A DNA stretch of 64,000 bases from the human T2T-CHM13v2.0 reference genome, Homo sapiens: assembly GCF_009914755.1 (NCBI RefSeq), contig NC_060925.1. One strand, 5' to 3'. The notes under the pieces are model-generated. The model saw only the letters and a list, made by a program, of their open reading frames with translations. It ran no database searches and was not told the DNA's origin. Positions 11,481 through 23,633 of this stretch are shown here, one piece after another. The position numbers and the translations under genes are program-made. Positions within the stretch are counted from its first letter, which is position 1, and the number at the start of each line of letters is the position of its first letter.

Positions 11481-12099
11481 CTTGTGTGGTGGAGGTGCCG
11501 GGCATACTGAGATGCATCTGTCAGCATCTGCCTCCTGGTACCTTGGGCCTGCATGTCTGGCAGGCAGGTAGAAGAACACGCTGGCCATTTCAATGTTAAG
11601 ACAAAGAGGTAGAGAAGGCTGGATGAAGGAGGTGATGACTGAACCATATCCTGAGGCAGCTGGGGTTTCCAGGAAGAGGACAGAGAGAAGGACATTCAGG
11701 TGGAGGAGCCAGCAGGTGCGAAGGCTCGGCAGCTCAGAAGCATGCTCTGAGAATGGCAGGTTGTCAATGGCAACCCGGGAAGGGGATGGGGGAGATAAGC
11801 TGGAGAGGAGGCAGGTGCCTGGGGTGGGGTGCAGAGGGAGGCCAGCTCAGATCTCCTGATTCTGCCTGGTCCTCCACCCTCTGCATAAGCAGATGGGGCA
11901 CATGCCCACCCTCGTGATTTCCCAAAGGATACACAGTAGTTTAATTGCCAGAAACAGGATATTAGCAAAATAACCATATTTCATTGTGTCTGGGATGCAC
12001 AACTATTTTCTACACCACTCAGAAACACTGCCGGCTAATGTGTGCCATGGCATGAAGACCCATGTGAAAGCATGTGCATCTTTCCAGTTGTGGCTTATA

Positions 12100-12310
12100 T
12101 GGTAATAGGTAGTATTGCCTAGCACTGTAAAAGGACTTCAGATATATTATCTCACTGCATTCTTGCACCAACAATGGGTACCTATGAGACAAATAAATTA
12201 GTTCCCCATTTTACAGATGTGACAACCAGTGCACAGAGAGATTAACTAACTTGCCGTCCAGTGGGCATGTGGTGGAGCCCAGGGTGAAACCCAGGCAGTC
12301 TCTAAAGCAT
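12100..12310 (-). mobile_element. MIR SINE
   Basis: ccccattttacagatg...agagagattaactaacttgc...aaacccaggcagtct. Confidence 0.75.
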
Positions 12311-12699
12311 TGCCTTCCAACATGCAATGGAGTGTGAAATGCGGAAGCCATGGGGAAGCACAGGAAATCGGCCATGTAAGATAGGAAGCAATGGTTCGAT
12401 TTATTCAGTGGTGACGTCCACCACAGCTGCATTCCAGTAATCTGCACCCCTCATCCCAACATCCTCACCCTGCTCTGCCTGTGTTGGACAACTCGTCTTC
12501 TTGACCGGAGGTGATCTCCCACAGTGAGGTAGCCCTACCCTTTTGTTTCAGCTCTTGGAAAACCCCAAACCTCAAGGCCATACACTCCTTGTGGCCAAGT
12601 GAGCATCTTGGCAACTTCCCGGCTTTTCCAAAGAGAACTAACTCCTGCTGGGGGCCCCCCAAGTCACCCCTCATGGCCCTTACTTCTAGTGCTCTGGAA

Positions 12700-13040
12700 A
12701 TGGCTGAAACCAATGGATTAACTTGCTTTCCCTATTAAATATTTACATAAACACGCTCGGGAAGGTGTGTGTAAGTTATCAATAATGCAAGGCCAGCCTA
12801 GGCTCGGTGAGAGCTAAGAGACCCAAATTGTATCATCATAATCCATTATTCACATATAATGCGTCTATTCTCCTCCATTAGCGCAGGCAGGAAATGCCCC
12901 TGAGTGCCGGGCAGGGCTTTGGAAAGCGCAATAAATGGCGGACAGACACATGGCGGGAGGGCGGCAGCTGTAGTTAAACAAGTGTAAATTAGCGCCCAGC
13001 CTCGCTCCCTGCCTGCAGCCAGAGCGGCGGGCACAGGCCT
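12700..13040. promoter_or_regulatory. Candidate conserved enhancer
   Basis: Repeat-free; 11 CpG in 12841-13040; forkhead TAAATATTTACATAAACA, TAATCCATTA, TAAACAA. Function inferred only. Confidence 0.5.
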
Positions 13041-14389
13041 GGCAGGGAGGGGTTACAGGATGTGGGGAACTCGCTATCAATCTAGACAGCCCTCATGGCC
13101 TCCCTGGAAACCCTTCCGGAGGAGCCCTCCAGCTGGCCGCGTGGGAGACCACGCCTCAGAGAGCACAGGCTTCTGCTCTGCAGGCCTTGGCTGGAATCTC
13201 AGCTGCACCACTGAGTGGTGACCTGGGGCGAGAGGGTGGAGGGGGCTGCTGCGCAAGCTGCCCCCACACTGAGCTCCGAGCCCCATCTGTAATACAGGGA
13301 TGAGAATCACCGTCTCACAAGGTTGTTGCGTGAAGGAAATAAAATGAGAAAGGAGAAGTTCCCAGCATACGGCACACGGGAGGCCCTTAGAGAATGAAAG
13401 AACACTCCTCTCCCTCCTCCCGCTAGGCGGTTTCAGACTTAGGAATAAAACGGGAGAAGCTTTGCACCGTACCCAAATGGATGTGGTGCAAAGGCAATGC
13501 GAGGTAAAGACAGAAGTGGCTTTATGTTGTCCTCTCGTCAGCTTTGCTGTCCCTGCAGGAGGCTCCTCTCCTCTGGACCCCACCCGAGTGCCCGGTGCTG
13601 CGGTCCGTCTCCTGGGCTCAGCAAGCACACTCACCATCGCCACCCCGTCTCCAGGACATCTTCAGCCCTTAGTCCGTCCACACCCTCTTCTCAGCACTAC
13701 CGTATTCCCCTGGGAGGCAGGTCCTGCACAGAGACGAGCACATCTGCTGTTGAAACGACCCCAGACCAAACGAAAGTTTTTGATTACCCGTGAACTGGAA
13801 GGTGGACTTTTGGTATAAAGAGCACCAGACTGGGAGTTGGGAGAGCTGAGTTCTTATCTCTGTCACCGCTGATGCTCTGTGGTTTGCGGAGAGTCCCATG
13901 GCCTCTGGACCTCAGTCTGCCTACCTGTAAGAGTAAGGGAATTAATCAAATGATTTGATGATCACGCATGACTTAGTGAATGTGAAGTGCTAGGTGTGTC
14001 TCAGGACCCTTCCTGGCTCCAGAACCCTCAGGATCAGAGGCATCATGAGATTCTAGAATCAATATTCTGGTTCAAGTCATTGCTTTGTCTTGTCTCCACA
14101 GCTACAGCTGGATTTTTTCTAGCACCGAAGCTGTGTCGTGGTACAGAGACCCAGTGCCCTGGTGTCAGGTGGATGGGCATGAGCTTGATTCACCTTTTAC
14201 AGAGGAATCACATTAGCAGCCCCTCCTTACCCCTACCCTCCCACTGTAAGGGGTCATGAGCCCAATGCCTAAGGGCATGGCAGTGATGGCTGTTCAGTGG
14301 AGGCCACAAAATAAAATGTGAATTTGGAAAGGCAGGGAGCAGATGACCAGGTTTTGTACTTTTCGGACAATGGTGTCCACATGTGGGCG

Positions 14390-14680
14390 GTTTGTCTGGG
14401 CCAGACCAGTTCTTGGCTCTGATGCCACCTCCTCAGAGAGGCCCTCCCTGCCCTATCTAAGAGCCGCCCCACTACTCTCTTTCCCCCATCCATTTTATTT
14501 TTCTTCCCATCACTACCTGACATTTTATTGTGTACCTACTAGTTTTCTTGCTCATTGTGTGTTTCCTCGACTGGAATGTTGGCTCCATAAGGACAGGTAT
14601 CTTGTCCGTCTTGTTCTCTGCTGTTCCCCTGAGGCCTGGCCCCTAGTAGAAATTCGATACGTACTGAATGAATGAATGAT
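14390..14680 (+). mobile_element. LINE2 3' end
   Basis: ccacctcctcagagaggcc...ctggaatgttggctccataaggacagg...tgaatgaatgaatga tail. Confidence 0.8.
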
Positions 14681-14968
14681 TGTAGATTCAAATTTAGCAC
14701 ACATATATTGAGCACCTACTCTAGGCCCATCACTGTGCAGGTGCTTTTACATATGTTACACATTTAATCGGCTTAACAATGACATCTATTCATATATATT
14801 AAGACCAGTGGGCACTAACATTAAATTTCAATTAAGTGAGCCTGGTAGGAATGCTTCACATCTCCTCCCCTGCTTCATGTGTGCCAGGGGGCTAATCATG
14901 ATTGAAAGGCTGAAGCAGTTGAATGATGTTGTGTTCCTATGTCCTGATGCCTTCTCCCAGGCTTTCCC

Positions 14969-15269
14969 TTTTTTTTTTTTTTTTTGAGATGGAGTCTCTC
15001 TCTGTCGCCCAGGCTGGAGTGCAATGGTATGATCTTGGCTCATCGCAACCTCCGCTTCCTGGGTTCAAGTGATTCTCCTGCCTCAGCCTCCTGAGTAGCT
15101 GGGATTATAGGCATGCGGCACCACACCAGGCTAATTTTGTATTTTTAGTAGAGACGGGGTTTCTCCATGTTGGTCAGGCTGATCTCAAACTTCCGACCTG
15201 CTTCGGTGATCTGCCTGCTTTGGTCTCCCAAAGTCCTGGGATTACAGGCATGAACCACCGCACCCAGCC
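14969..15269 (-). mobile_element. Alu (AluSp-like), full length
   Basis: polyT then gagatggagtct...; gtttctccatgttggtcagg diagnostic. Confidence 0.97.
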
Positions 15270-15469
15270 TAAACTTTCCTTCTTGTCCTTCCTTCAGTTC
15301 AGCTCATCTGCTCTCAAACTCAAGGGTGTTTAGGTAAAAATGACTGTACTAGGTTATATACAAAGAAAGCCAGGGAGCCGATTTCAAGGAATTGAAGAGA
15401 AATTTGAACTCTATGCAACTTTTGCCTGATGTACCAATTTTGGAATCAAATGCTCATATGCTATATAAG

Positions 15470-15740
15470 ATTACTGTACTAGCTGCGTGGCTTTGGGCAA
15501 GTTACTAACCCTCCTTGAGCCTCAGCTTCCTTATCTGTATATGAAGATATTAATAGCTACCTTACAGAGTATATAAGATCTGCATATGATCTGTATATGA
15601 TAAGCAATAGGTGGGTTTGAATCCTACTTTCAGCGCTAACTAGCCATGTGACCTTAGACAAGTTTACGTAATCCTTCTGTTCCTCAGTTTCCTCATCTGT
15701 TACATGGGTGATATTAATAGGGTGTACCTTTTGATTGGGC
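15470..15740 (+). mobile_element. Two tandem MIR fragments
   Basis: ttgggcaagttactaacc...gcctcagcttccttatctgta and tgtgaccttagacaagtt...cctcagtttcctcatctgt. Confidence 0.75.
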
Positions 15741-16069
15741 TGGGCCCTGTTTGCATTCTGCCCTGAAGGAGAGCGGGGCTGTGGGTCAAAGCTGCCCTAA
15801 TTATAGGTGCAGCATCCGGAGCAAGGTGTTGCTTGGCTCTGCACTGCTGGCAGGTGTGGAAGTCCTTGCCCCATGGGTGAATTCCAGCGCAGTTACTGCC
15901 TGTGGGGCAGTAGTTGGCAGGTGGCAAAAGAAAAACTTTAAGAGAACACAGATGGTCACACTTGACAAAAAATGTTCTAGCAACCTCACCTACTGAAATC
16001 TCCAAATGTTCTCCAGTCCTGGGTACTTTAAACATACACTGGCCCTAATCAGTCAGCATTATTATAGTC

Positions 16070-16440
16070 CTTCGTTCATTTAACAAATAGGTATTGAGTG
16101 CTATTATGTGACAGGCACTGTACTAGGGAGTGAGAAAACAAGTCAGGCACAGTCTTCATCCTCATGGAGCATGCAATTTGGTGGCCATAGTGATAAAAAA
16201 AAAAATAACAAGAATAATAAGAAGATGGCATCCATTTATAACATGCCCAGAGCCTGGGCTATGTGCTTTCATATAGCACCTTATTTAATCCTCACAACAT
16301 TCCTATGAGGCTCATCTTAATATCCTCATTTTATAAATGAGGTACCTAAAGCCCAGAGAGGTGATGCGACTTCTGCAAGGTCCCAGAATTAGCAAGTGGT
16401 AGTCGAGACACTGGAATCCAGATCCATCTATTTCCACAGT
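16070..16440 (-). mobile_element. L2 3' tail followed by a MIR
   Basis: ttcatttaacaaataggtattgagtgc..atgtgacaggcactg; atttaatcctcacaaca...cctcattttataaatgagg. Confidence 0.7.
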
Positions 16441-17163
16441 GTTACTGTCACCTTTTCCTCTGAAGTAGCTTCCAAAAAGGGAGAGTCTCCTGGGCTACCT
16501 GGGACCTTCCAGAGGAAGGAAGGGCCTGGTGAGGACAGGAGAAAACAGTTGATCCTGAAATCCCTGCTCAGTGCTGAAGTGTGGAGACTGTCCTGCCGTA
16601 GATTGCAGGAACCCTATATGGGGCGAGCAGTAATAAGTCCCAGCTCAGTGTGCGGGTGGAGATGCCCGTGAGGAAGGGCCAGCCACAGGCTTGCTTGGGC
16701 AGTGGCCCAAGCTGGTGGTGTGACATCTTTACTGTCTGATTATTTATAGAGTCCCTGGGACAGCAGGCATCCAAGGCAGCTCAGAGGTTATGGGCTTGGG
16801 GACCAGGAGAAATAAATAGCCTTCAAAAACCCCAGCCTGGTGGGGGAAGATATGGAGCCAGGATGAGATGTCTGCCCCGCAGTCTGGTGGGGGCTATATG
16901 AGGAGAGGAAGGACTGGGGTCCCTGGAGCCTGCAGGGACCATGCTGGGGGACAGCTGGGGGACAGGCCAGACATATCTCTCCCTTGGCCACTGGGCTGGG
17001 GGAGACCTGAGAGCCTCAGCCCTGTGATGGAGGCAGTGATCTCACTGGGGAGGGCCTGGGGCCTGGGGCCTCGGACTCAGGTCATCATGCTAGCCTCTTG
17101 AGAGTGGCAAGGAGTCCAGAGCAGGGGCAGGAGCCTCAGGCTGTTGATTCTGCAGGAGGTCAC

Positions 17164-17826
17164 TGTTCTATCAGAGTTCTATCAGAGAAGCAGAACGTGT
17201 GTGATCCGAGGGCTTTATGCTCGGGGCAAGGCTTTTCCTGATCATGGGAGCTGCTAGGCAGCGGTGTCAGCCTGTATTCACGTGTCTGCTCCAGACCTGG
17301 AGTCAGCAGGGCTGGCGGTCAGCAAGAGAAGATGGACAGGAAGAGGAAGTGAGCAAGGACAAGGCAGAACCCAAAAGAATGGCCTGAACACAAAAGGAGG
17401 AGCATCACCAGTTGAGGGCTTGCTGGGATGGCATCTGCTTCTCACTGGCACCTGGGTGGCCTCCCACTGCCTCTAAGCCTCCAACTGATGATATGGGTGA
17501 TCTGCAGAAGAACTAGCCCGCTTCACCACAAAGCTGCACACAAGCCAGGCCCCGAGTTTGGAGAAGCTGAAAGAGGAGATTGATCTGGGGTTGCCACCCC
17601 AAGATCGCAAGCTAACAAGGTGAGCCAGCAGGTGGGCTGCACACGCATGAGCTGAGAATCACCCAAACCCACATAGACCTTGAGTGCAAATGAAGCTGCT
17701 GCTCCACTTCTGCCTTCCAAATCTCACACAAATTTCTCTTGTGGCCACCCCTAACCCAGAACTGTGCAGGAAATTCTGGGACATGTAGTTCCAGCTTTGC
17801 TAAGTTGACACAGGACAAAGCGTGCA
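17164..17826 (-). mobile_element. Old ERVL LTR (LTR41-like)
   Basis: cagagaagcagaac start; cttctgccttccaaatctcac...ttctgggacatgtagttccagc...aagttgacaca end. Confidence 0.6.
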
Positions 17827-17924
17827 CATTCACTGTGTGACTTTGACCAAGTCCTTGACCCTCTCTGAGCCTCAGTTTCACCATCAGTAAAATGTGGGAT
17901 GGACTCCTCAGTGGTTCCTCTTTT

Positions 17925-18003
17925 AATGTAAAAAACAAAAACAACAAACAAACAACAACAACACAACCCCAAACCCCAAAACTACAAAAACAAAACAAAA
18001 AAG
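17925..18003. repeat. A-rich (CAAA/CAAAA)n low-complexity tract
   Basis: aaaaacaaaaacaacaaacaaacaacaaca...caaaacaaaaaa. Confidence 0.85.
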
Positions 18004-18439
18004 AGGCGGAGACATGGATTTCCTCATCTCTCCTTTGTGTGCAAATGAAAGCGAGGTCTCCTCTAAATAAACCTGCAAATCCCCAGGAGGCTGAGGCCCC
18101 AGGTGGGAAGCACCTGGGATAGATCATTTGCAGATCCCTCCTCCTTCGGACAGATAGAATACAAGGCTGAACTTAAGGGCAAGACCTGAGCTCTAGCATT
18201 GCTGCTGGATGACAAAGCAAGGTGGTAAGCCTCTCTGAGCCCAGCTTCTTTCCCTCTGTGATAAGAACAATTCTTTTACCTTTCAGGGGTCCATCACATA
18301 GATGTCAGATGCTGGGGTAGGGCTCAGAGTGTATAACAGGCTTCTTAGATGGTGACTTAAGATCAGCTTTGTGGAAACCACTGTGCTGTCTGAGGACAGG
18401 GAGACAGTGAATTCTAGGACTCCTCCTCAGTGGAGCTCT

Positions 18440-18800
18440 CTGGACTGTGGGGAGACCATTAACTAATGGTATGGAAACCATTTAAACAAAAGACTGTGGG
18501 GCTTCAGGGGAGAGGGAGACAGATTCTGCCTGAGAAGGCTTGTTGGGGAGAGAGTATTTGAACTGGGCCTTGATGAATGGATATAGCGGTGGTTAGCCCA
18601 AATGGAGGGAAAGGGTGGTTTAGGAAGAGGGAAGGGCTGGGCAAAGCCTGCAGTTGGGTGCATGCAGCGTGTATCTGGGGACTGGCAAGGACTGTGGTGT
18701 CGTGGAACAGAGAATGTGCAGGCAGGAAGAGGAAGGGTAGGGTGGAGAAGGAGCTGAGGATTAGCTTGTAGAGTCTTGGGTGCAAGCTAAAGAGTTCATC
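18440..18800 (-). mobile_element. LINE2 fragment
   Basis: atttgaactgggccttgatgaatggatatag...gggcaaagcctgcag. Confidence 0.55.
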
Positions 18801-19154
18801 CCAGCATTAGCCAGTGCAAGAGGCTCAAGTGTGCAACACTAGAGTCGCCCCAAACGGGACACCAGGGGTCCCCACATCTTCCAGGCCTTTGGGGTAATTC
18901 CTTCACATTTGAAAGAGGTAACTCAAGCCCTTTCCACACAGTGGAAGCCCCTAAGTATTCTCAAGGGAGGCTTCCCATCCTTTTCTCAGTCTTCACTGCA
19001 GCTGGCTGCCCAGCTCCCTTCTGGATCCTGTAGCACCTGTCCTCACTTGCTGATCTCTTCACTCCAAGCTGGACCCTACCTGATTTCCTCTGCTTGGGGA
19101 GTCCACTGGTCCAGGGATGTTGGGTTGAGTAGACTTTTATCAATGGTTTATAGG

Positions 19155-19300
19155 ACAGTGGTGGGGCATTCAGTACCCTCCAGCAGACTCATGCCATGGG
19201 ATGAGTATTTATATCACGGAAATCAGCAAATGCTGCACATCAAGGTCTTTCAGCCCCTTCCCTAGAGTTGGTTCTTCAACCCCCACCAGAACACCATTGA
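19155..19300 (+). mobile_element. MER63-like hAT-Blackjack fragment
   Basis: gagtatttatatcacggaaatcagcaaatgct.cacatcaagg...ccagaacaccattg. Confidence 0.55.
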
Positions 19301-19759
19301 TTATGCGCAGTTCAAATCACATTTCTTAAGTGAAGATCCTATATCCGGGCCCTATATAAAAACCCCTCAGCCAAAACCCATGCTGGGGAAGTTCCTGCTG
19401 TTGGAATTCTTTCATAGGACCCTAAGTTTTCTGCCATATTGCTGGTATTCTCTTTCCATAAACTCCCCACACATCCATTTCTCCCAGATCTTTCAGGAAA
19501 CTCCACATTCTACACACAATTCAACCCTCTCTTAGTTTTGCCGTCTCTTTCCAGACCACTTCCTAGAGTGGACACTTTATATTTACACCCTCAGGGGCTC
19601 GCCAAGTTATTTTTTTTTCTATAGGAAGGAAGTTGCAGATAGGAGAGCTTTAAACAGATTTGTTTTCCCTTCCGCTATGCGAGTCAGCTAAGTTGGATTC
19701 AAAAGGTGGTTCTGCAGATACTAAAAGTGATAATTGGGATGCCTGAAACAACGTGGAAA

Positions 19760-20265
19760 ACACTTGTAGGTCACATGCTCAGATCTGCACTCTCACTTCT
19801 GGGAATCAATTCTACAGAAACATTTGCACAGATGTATGTATAGGGATGTATGGTGGCACGGTGTGTGATAAACATTGGAAATATTCTAATCGCCTGGCAA
19901 TGAGGGATAAGTGAAATAAGCAATGGAATGTATAAAGTAGACCAAAAGGTAGAAGTGGGTCTCTGTATATACTGACATGAAATATTTTCACAACATTTTT
20001 ACAGAAAAAAGTTGCAAAACATAATTTTTTTTTTTTTGGTAAAAATGTCTTAAAGTATACATATATGTGTGTGTGTGTGTGTGTGTGTGTTTATAGATAC
20101 AGAAAAATGTCTGGAGGATGAGCCTTAAACTGTTAATAGTGGCAATCTTAAGGAATGGGTGTCTATTGGGGAGGGGCAATGTTCCCTTTTTTATATCATA
20201 TATTTCTGCATAGTTTGCATTTGTTACCATAAGCATATATTGCTTATGTAATGTTTTTAAAACCA
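19760..20265 (+). mobile_element. Old L1 (L1ME-type) 3' end
   Basis: cacttctgggaatcaattctacagaaa...aaaaatgtctggagga...aaactgttaatagtgg. Confidence 0.7.
20066..20090. repeat. (TG)12 microsatellite
   Basis: Direct read. Confidence 0.95.
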
Positions 20266-20549
20266 ATGATTTTTACAAAGAGAAAATGCTTCAAACACAA
20301 TGCCAAATATAGATGGTAGGATGCAAAATTGCTTACATATGGTGGTTACAACTCTACAGAAACTCGCGTCTGCGTGGACAGGAATGGAATGAGGAGCATC
20401 CCACAAGAAGTGACTGGTGGTTAGGGCGGGGTCCGGGGAGAATTATTTTTCCTCTTTCAGAAGGCTGGGTAGGGCTGAGATCTGGGACATCTCAAATTCC
20501 TCCCAGCACCTTCCTTCATTCCACTCCTGGCCCATGTTCCCGTCACTTA

Positions 20550-21830
20550 CAAGTGGCAGTGGGTATCAACTATTCAATTATTTTTAAATAGTCGAGCGTA
20601 GGTCTGGATTGAATAAATCACATTGATGCCAATTTCCAGGGAAGTCCTTTCATATTTTATGATTCACTCCCCACCGTTCCCCCTTTCCTTCCTTGTGCTC
20701 CTCCTAATGAACCAGGAGACTGTGCATACTGTTCAGATGTCCCCACTGCTAACCCTCAAATGGAAATGCAGCAGCTGAAAACATCGTGGTTCTGGGTTTT
20801 TTTTTTTTTTTTTCCTTTTCCTCCTCACAGTCCTGGGAAATTGATATGCAGGCAGGATTATGTTTTGTTTAAAGCTCAGTCCTGGCATCTGAAAGAATAC
20901 ATTACCCAAATTGGTGCATGTGGTTGAAATTCTGCAAAACTCAGTTATGTCACAAGTGGCTTGCCAATGAGGGGTCCAGCCGGGTCTCAGGCAGCATAAA
21001 TGCCCTGTATCAGAGAGAGTGTAACAGTGGAAAACCATCCACTGAGGAATATTCCTGAAGTCAATAATTTATCTGCTGCTGGTGGAAGGCAGGCCTACCA
21101 GGCACCTCTGCCACCGCCATGATCACCCAATATGCCACCAACTCCCAGTCCTGGGGATGAACGCTGCTTTCTTCCTTTCCAGTTCTTTTAAGATTAGAAT
21201 TTGTTCAAAGAACTGATTGCACATAAACACAGAGACTAGAGGGTTTTTTTTCCTTCTCTTTTCATTTTGTAAAATGGTCGTAAAAGAAAAACAAGTCCGT
21301 TTGGAATTTAGAATTCTGAAACTGCAAGAGAAAGAACTGGACTTCACTACGTGTGCTTTGGGGTCTGCACTGCTCCTGAATCTTGTCCGTGACTAGGGCA
21401 CACAGGGAGCGACTCATTGGCGATAATTTGGGAGTCACTGTGGACCCACTTGCTCTTTAAATGTTGGAGTTTTAATGATTTAGGAACCAAAAGAATAACT
21501 AAGGAGCCCAGCAGTCATTACCTCAAATAATGAGACTTTTTAATGCAAAATCAATGTTTGTTATAATGAAAATAGATTCCTCAGCTCCTGCAGGGCCAAA
21601 TGTACAAATCTTTTCTGCTGTTAAATAAAATGTGATGGCTCATTTTCAGGAGGATGGTGAGCATTTTTATTCAAGAGTAAAAATAAAATGTCAGAACTTA
21701 TTTACTTCTATTAAGTGCTCATTCTCAATCAGATACTCTAATCAATATCTAATTGGAGGCAAGGAACGGAAAATAATTTTTATGCCAACTTGGGAGAAGG
21801 GAAGGAAGGGAGAAGGCAGGCAAGAGAAAG
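20550..21830. promoter_or_regulatory. Candidate conserved non-coding block
   Basis: About 1.3 kb with no recognisable TE in a TE-dense window; AT-rich with many TAAT/AATCAAT motifs. Confidence 0.4.
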
Positions 21831-21864
21831 CCATATAGCACATGTTCAGTTATAATAAGGGCAA

Positions 21865-22080
21865 ATACCTATTGAGCAGATGCATAGTGCCAGGACTGTG
21901 CTAGGTGCATTACCTGTGTTATATCATCACACTGTCACAATAGTCTGGTGAAGATCGGTACCATTGTGGCTCCCATTTACAGGTGACAAAACTGAGGCTC
22001 AGAGAATCTACCTTCTCATGTTTATTATGTGGTGGAGCCAGGATGGAAAACCAGGTCTGTCTGACCTCTCAGCCCTGGCT
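21865..22080 (-). mobile_element. MIR SINE
   Basis: tattgagca...gtgccaggactgtgctagg...aaactgaggctcagaga. Confidence 0.75.
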
Positions 22081-22472
22081 GCCAATTACTCTATTTATCT
22101 GCCCCCTCCATCCTTCTAAAAAACAAGTCTTTTATTTTATAAAAAAAAGTGAGTCATTCTTGAGATTACCCATAGCAGAAGTTTTACTCCTATGAACACT
22201 GAAACTGTAAACTTAAAATAGTTTTGGAGGGTAAAGGTTTTTCTTAAATATATTACATACTTCTCTGTCTTGGGAAGCAGTACATGGAGTGACTTTGTTT
22301 TAGTGACTCAGAACTGGTTTCCAGACTTACCTCTGTGATGTGAGGAATCTATCGTCTAACGGTGAGAAGTGAGTTGAAATCCTAGCTCTGAAGTCTGTTA
22401 CTGAGTGCCTTAGGCAAGTTTCTCTACTCCCTTTGTGAAAGGTTGGATCTCTTAATATCCTATGATTTTAAG

Positions 22473-22905
22473 TTACAGGAAGGTAGATGACATCAATTTA
22501 AAGAAGAATCTTCTAAACGTTAGAGTTATCTGAAACTTGGCTGGGCTATCTCAGAAGGGAGAACACTCTCTATCCCTGGAGTTATTCCATCAAGACCAGC
22601 TGTGGTGATGATATAGCTGATAAGGCATTGGACTAGCTATCTCCTAGGGGCACCAGCAAACTTCTTCTATAAAGGGCCAGAAAGTAAGTGGTTTAGACTT
22701 TGCAGGCCACACAGTCTCAGTCCCAGCTACTCAACTCTACTGTTGTAGAGCAAAAGCAGACACAGGCAATACACAAACAAATGACTGTTGCAGTGTCTCA
22801 TTAAAACTTTATTTATAAAAGCAGACAAATGGCCAGATATGGTGCAGGGGGCATAATTTACTAACTCCTATTCTAGGCTCTTCCAGTGAGAAACTTTATG
22901 ATTCT
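22473..22905 (+). mobile_element. CR1/L3 3' end interrupted by MER58
   Basis: aagaagaatcttctaa..gttagag...atccctggag...ttggactag...cttccag...tatgattct. Confidence 0.5.
22644..22870 (+). mobile_element. MER58A hAT-Charlie MITE
   Basis: cagcaaacttcttctataaagggccag...ctactcaactctactgttgtag...aaaactttatttataaaa. Confidence 0.8.
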
Positions 22906-23074
22906 CTTCTTGTTCCTTATGTTATTGTGCTGGGCTGAGCACTGGCATGAGGGCCAGCCATAATCAATAATAATGAGTTAATTCTTACATAAATCTCACC
23001 ATATGCCACATGCCTTCTTAGCTCTTTATTTATCTTTTAACTCCTTTAATCCTAACAATGATCCTGAAAAGTAG

Positions 23075-23421
23075 TGATATGGTTTGGCTGTGTCCCCACC
23101 CAAATCTCATCTTGAATTCCCATGTGTTGTGGGAGGGACCCTGTGGGAGGTAACTGAATCATGGCGGGGCAGGTCTTTCCCATGCTGTTCTTGTGATAGT
23201 GAATAAGTCTCATGAGATATGATGGTTTTATAAAAGGACGTTTCCCTGTACAAGCTCTCTTCTCTTGTCTGCTGCCATGTGAGATGTGCCTTTCACCTTC
23301 CACCATGATTGTGAGGACTCCCCAGCCATGTGGAACTGTAAATCCATTAAACCTCTTTTTCCTTAAAAACTACCCAGTCTCGGGTATGTCTTTATCAGGA
23401 GCATGAGAACGAACTAATACA
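23075..23421 (+). mobile_element. THE1 solo LTR (MaLR)
   Basis: tgatatggtttggctgtgtccccacccaaatctcatcttg...gaactaataca; TSD agtag at 23070-23074 and 23422-23426. Confidence 0.95.
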
Positions 23422-23633
23422 AGTAGTGTTCTAGTTAGGGTTCTCCAGAGAAACAGGACCAATAGGCTATATACAGAGGTGTATAAGAGGAGATTTATTA
23501 TGGGCATTGCCTCACGTGATTATGGAGGCCAAGGTGTCCCATGATCTGCTGTCTGCAAGCTGGAGCACCAGGAAAGCTGCTGGTGCATTCAGTCCAAGTC
23601 CGAAGGCCTGAGAAACAGGGGAGCCAGTGGTTT

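Noticed and set aside
13077-13818. 188-aa and 118-aa ORFs and a possible exon after tttgctgtccctgcag (about 13558)
   Set aside because: ORF crosses a MIR-like fragment; only a weak donor follows; no protein similarity recognised
14630-14740. Second tail-to-tail L2/MIR junction as a hairpin
   Set aside because: Arms too diverged to form a continuous stem
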